Shown piece after piece: positions 63,493 through 64,000 of a stretch of 64,000 nt of DNA. The stretch spans positions 33,666,001 to 33,730,000 of the forward strand of contig NW_025963890.1 in assembly GCF_023055435.1 (NCBI RefSeq), in the 5' to 3' direction. Numbering within the stretch: position 1 is the first letter of the stretch; each line of letters opens with the position of its first letter. Source of the DNA: Haliotis rufescens (taxonomy: Eukaryota). The notes beneath the pieces were generated by a model, which was given only the letters and a program-made list of their open reading frames with translations, was not told the origin of the DNA and made no database searches. The position numbers were made by a program, and so were the translations under genes.

Positions 63493-64000
63493 ATGTGGTT
63501 CGAAATCATCATTCTTTCGCAACAGTTCATTATTACGGGTTGTATTGGATATGTCATATTATATTATGTTAGACTTAAATATCTCCTTAGGTATTACATT
63601 ATGGAATGCGATGAACTCATTGAACAAATGCTCAAAGAATCTGAGCCTGATCAACATGTAGATAAATCTTTAGATAAATCTTTAGATAAATCTTTAGATA
63701 AACATAGAGAAAGACTCGCGGCTTTGGTAGCCAGTGGAAAATGTTCCCAATATTTGGGGGAAAATTATACCATCGAAAAAATTGATAACATGACCGACGA
63801 AGAAATAAAAAAACTGTACGCGGGTTACGAGTCTAGACTGGGAGCTACCATGACTAAAACGATAGGGTCGGCTATGTTACAACTATACACAGTTGTAGCT
63901 AGTACATTTCTCCCTATCCCGGCAGAACATCGCATGTATTTATGCGAATCTCTAGAGAAAGACCCATTCATCAAACACGCTATAAGTGCAGTGAGCTGTG
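63493..64000 (+). CDS. Viral protein with an N-terminal hydrophobic segment, open to the window end (not in the ORF track)
   Basis: MWFEIIILSQQFIITGCIGYVILYYV..(DKSL)3..RERLAALVASGK..; no stop before 64000. Confidence 0.7.
   Translation, partial: MWFEIIILSQQFIITGCIGYVILYYVRLKYLLRYYIMECDELIEQMLKESEPDQHVDKSLDKSLDKSLDKHRERLAALVASGKCSQYLGENYTIEKIDNMTDEEIKKLYAGYESRLGATMTKTIGSAMLQLYTVVASTFLPIPAEHRMYLCESLEKDPFIKHAISAVSC

Larger units (their letters stand above)
56576..64000. mobile_element. Endogenous Polinton-like virus / Maverick-type element, left part, decayed
   Basis: AGTAGT terminus; dense, intronless, AT-rich genes including capsid proteins and a packaging ATPase. Extends beyond the window. 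Confidence 0.88.

Noticed and set aside
17489-64000. pPolB block and capsid block as one element
   Set aside because: They are 34 kb apart, separated by RTEL1 exons, differ in base composition, and the capsid block has its own terminus at 56576.

Overview
Repeat-rich animal genomic DNA, most likely a gastropod mollusc (inferred from the tRNA-SINEs with (ACTC)n tails and Nin-type SINEs). About a dozen minisatellite arrays account for most of the long ORFs in the track, and those ORFs are not genes. The recognisable host gene is the 3' half of RTEL1 on the minus strand: seven phase-compatible exons from 56100 down to 35643 encoding an NLS, a harmonin-homology domain and a C-terminal RING. Its introns hold a 9.3-kb two-gene P-element-superfamily transposon with a nested TTAA element, a DIRS RT relic, SINEs, and the left part of an endogenous Polinton-like virus (56576 to the window end: major and minor capsid, A32-type ATPase, several membrane proteins). 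The most unusual item is a separate GC-rich 4.9-kb fragment (about 17490-22370) lying inside a 33-bp minisatellite. It carries a decayed protein-primed DNA polymerase B next to a small decayed gene built from repeated histone H3 N-tail motifs (KAPR..KAARQSAP..TPATGGVKK, with Q at the K27 position and no histone fold). That small gene has CCAAT/TATA promoter elements and ends in a replication-dependent histone stem-loop plus HDE, suggesting a virus/transposon-borne, S-phase-regulated histone-tail mimic. A Tc1 element interrupted by a SINE is also present. All identifications are by eye from motifs; no searches were run.
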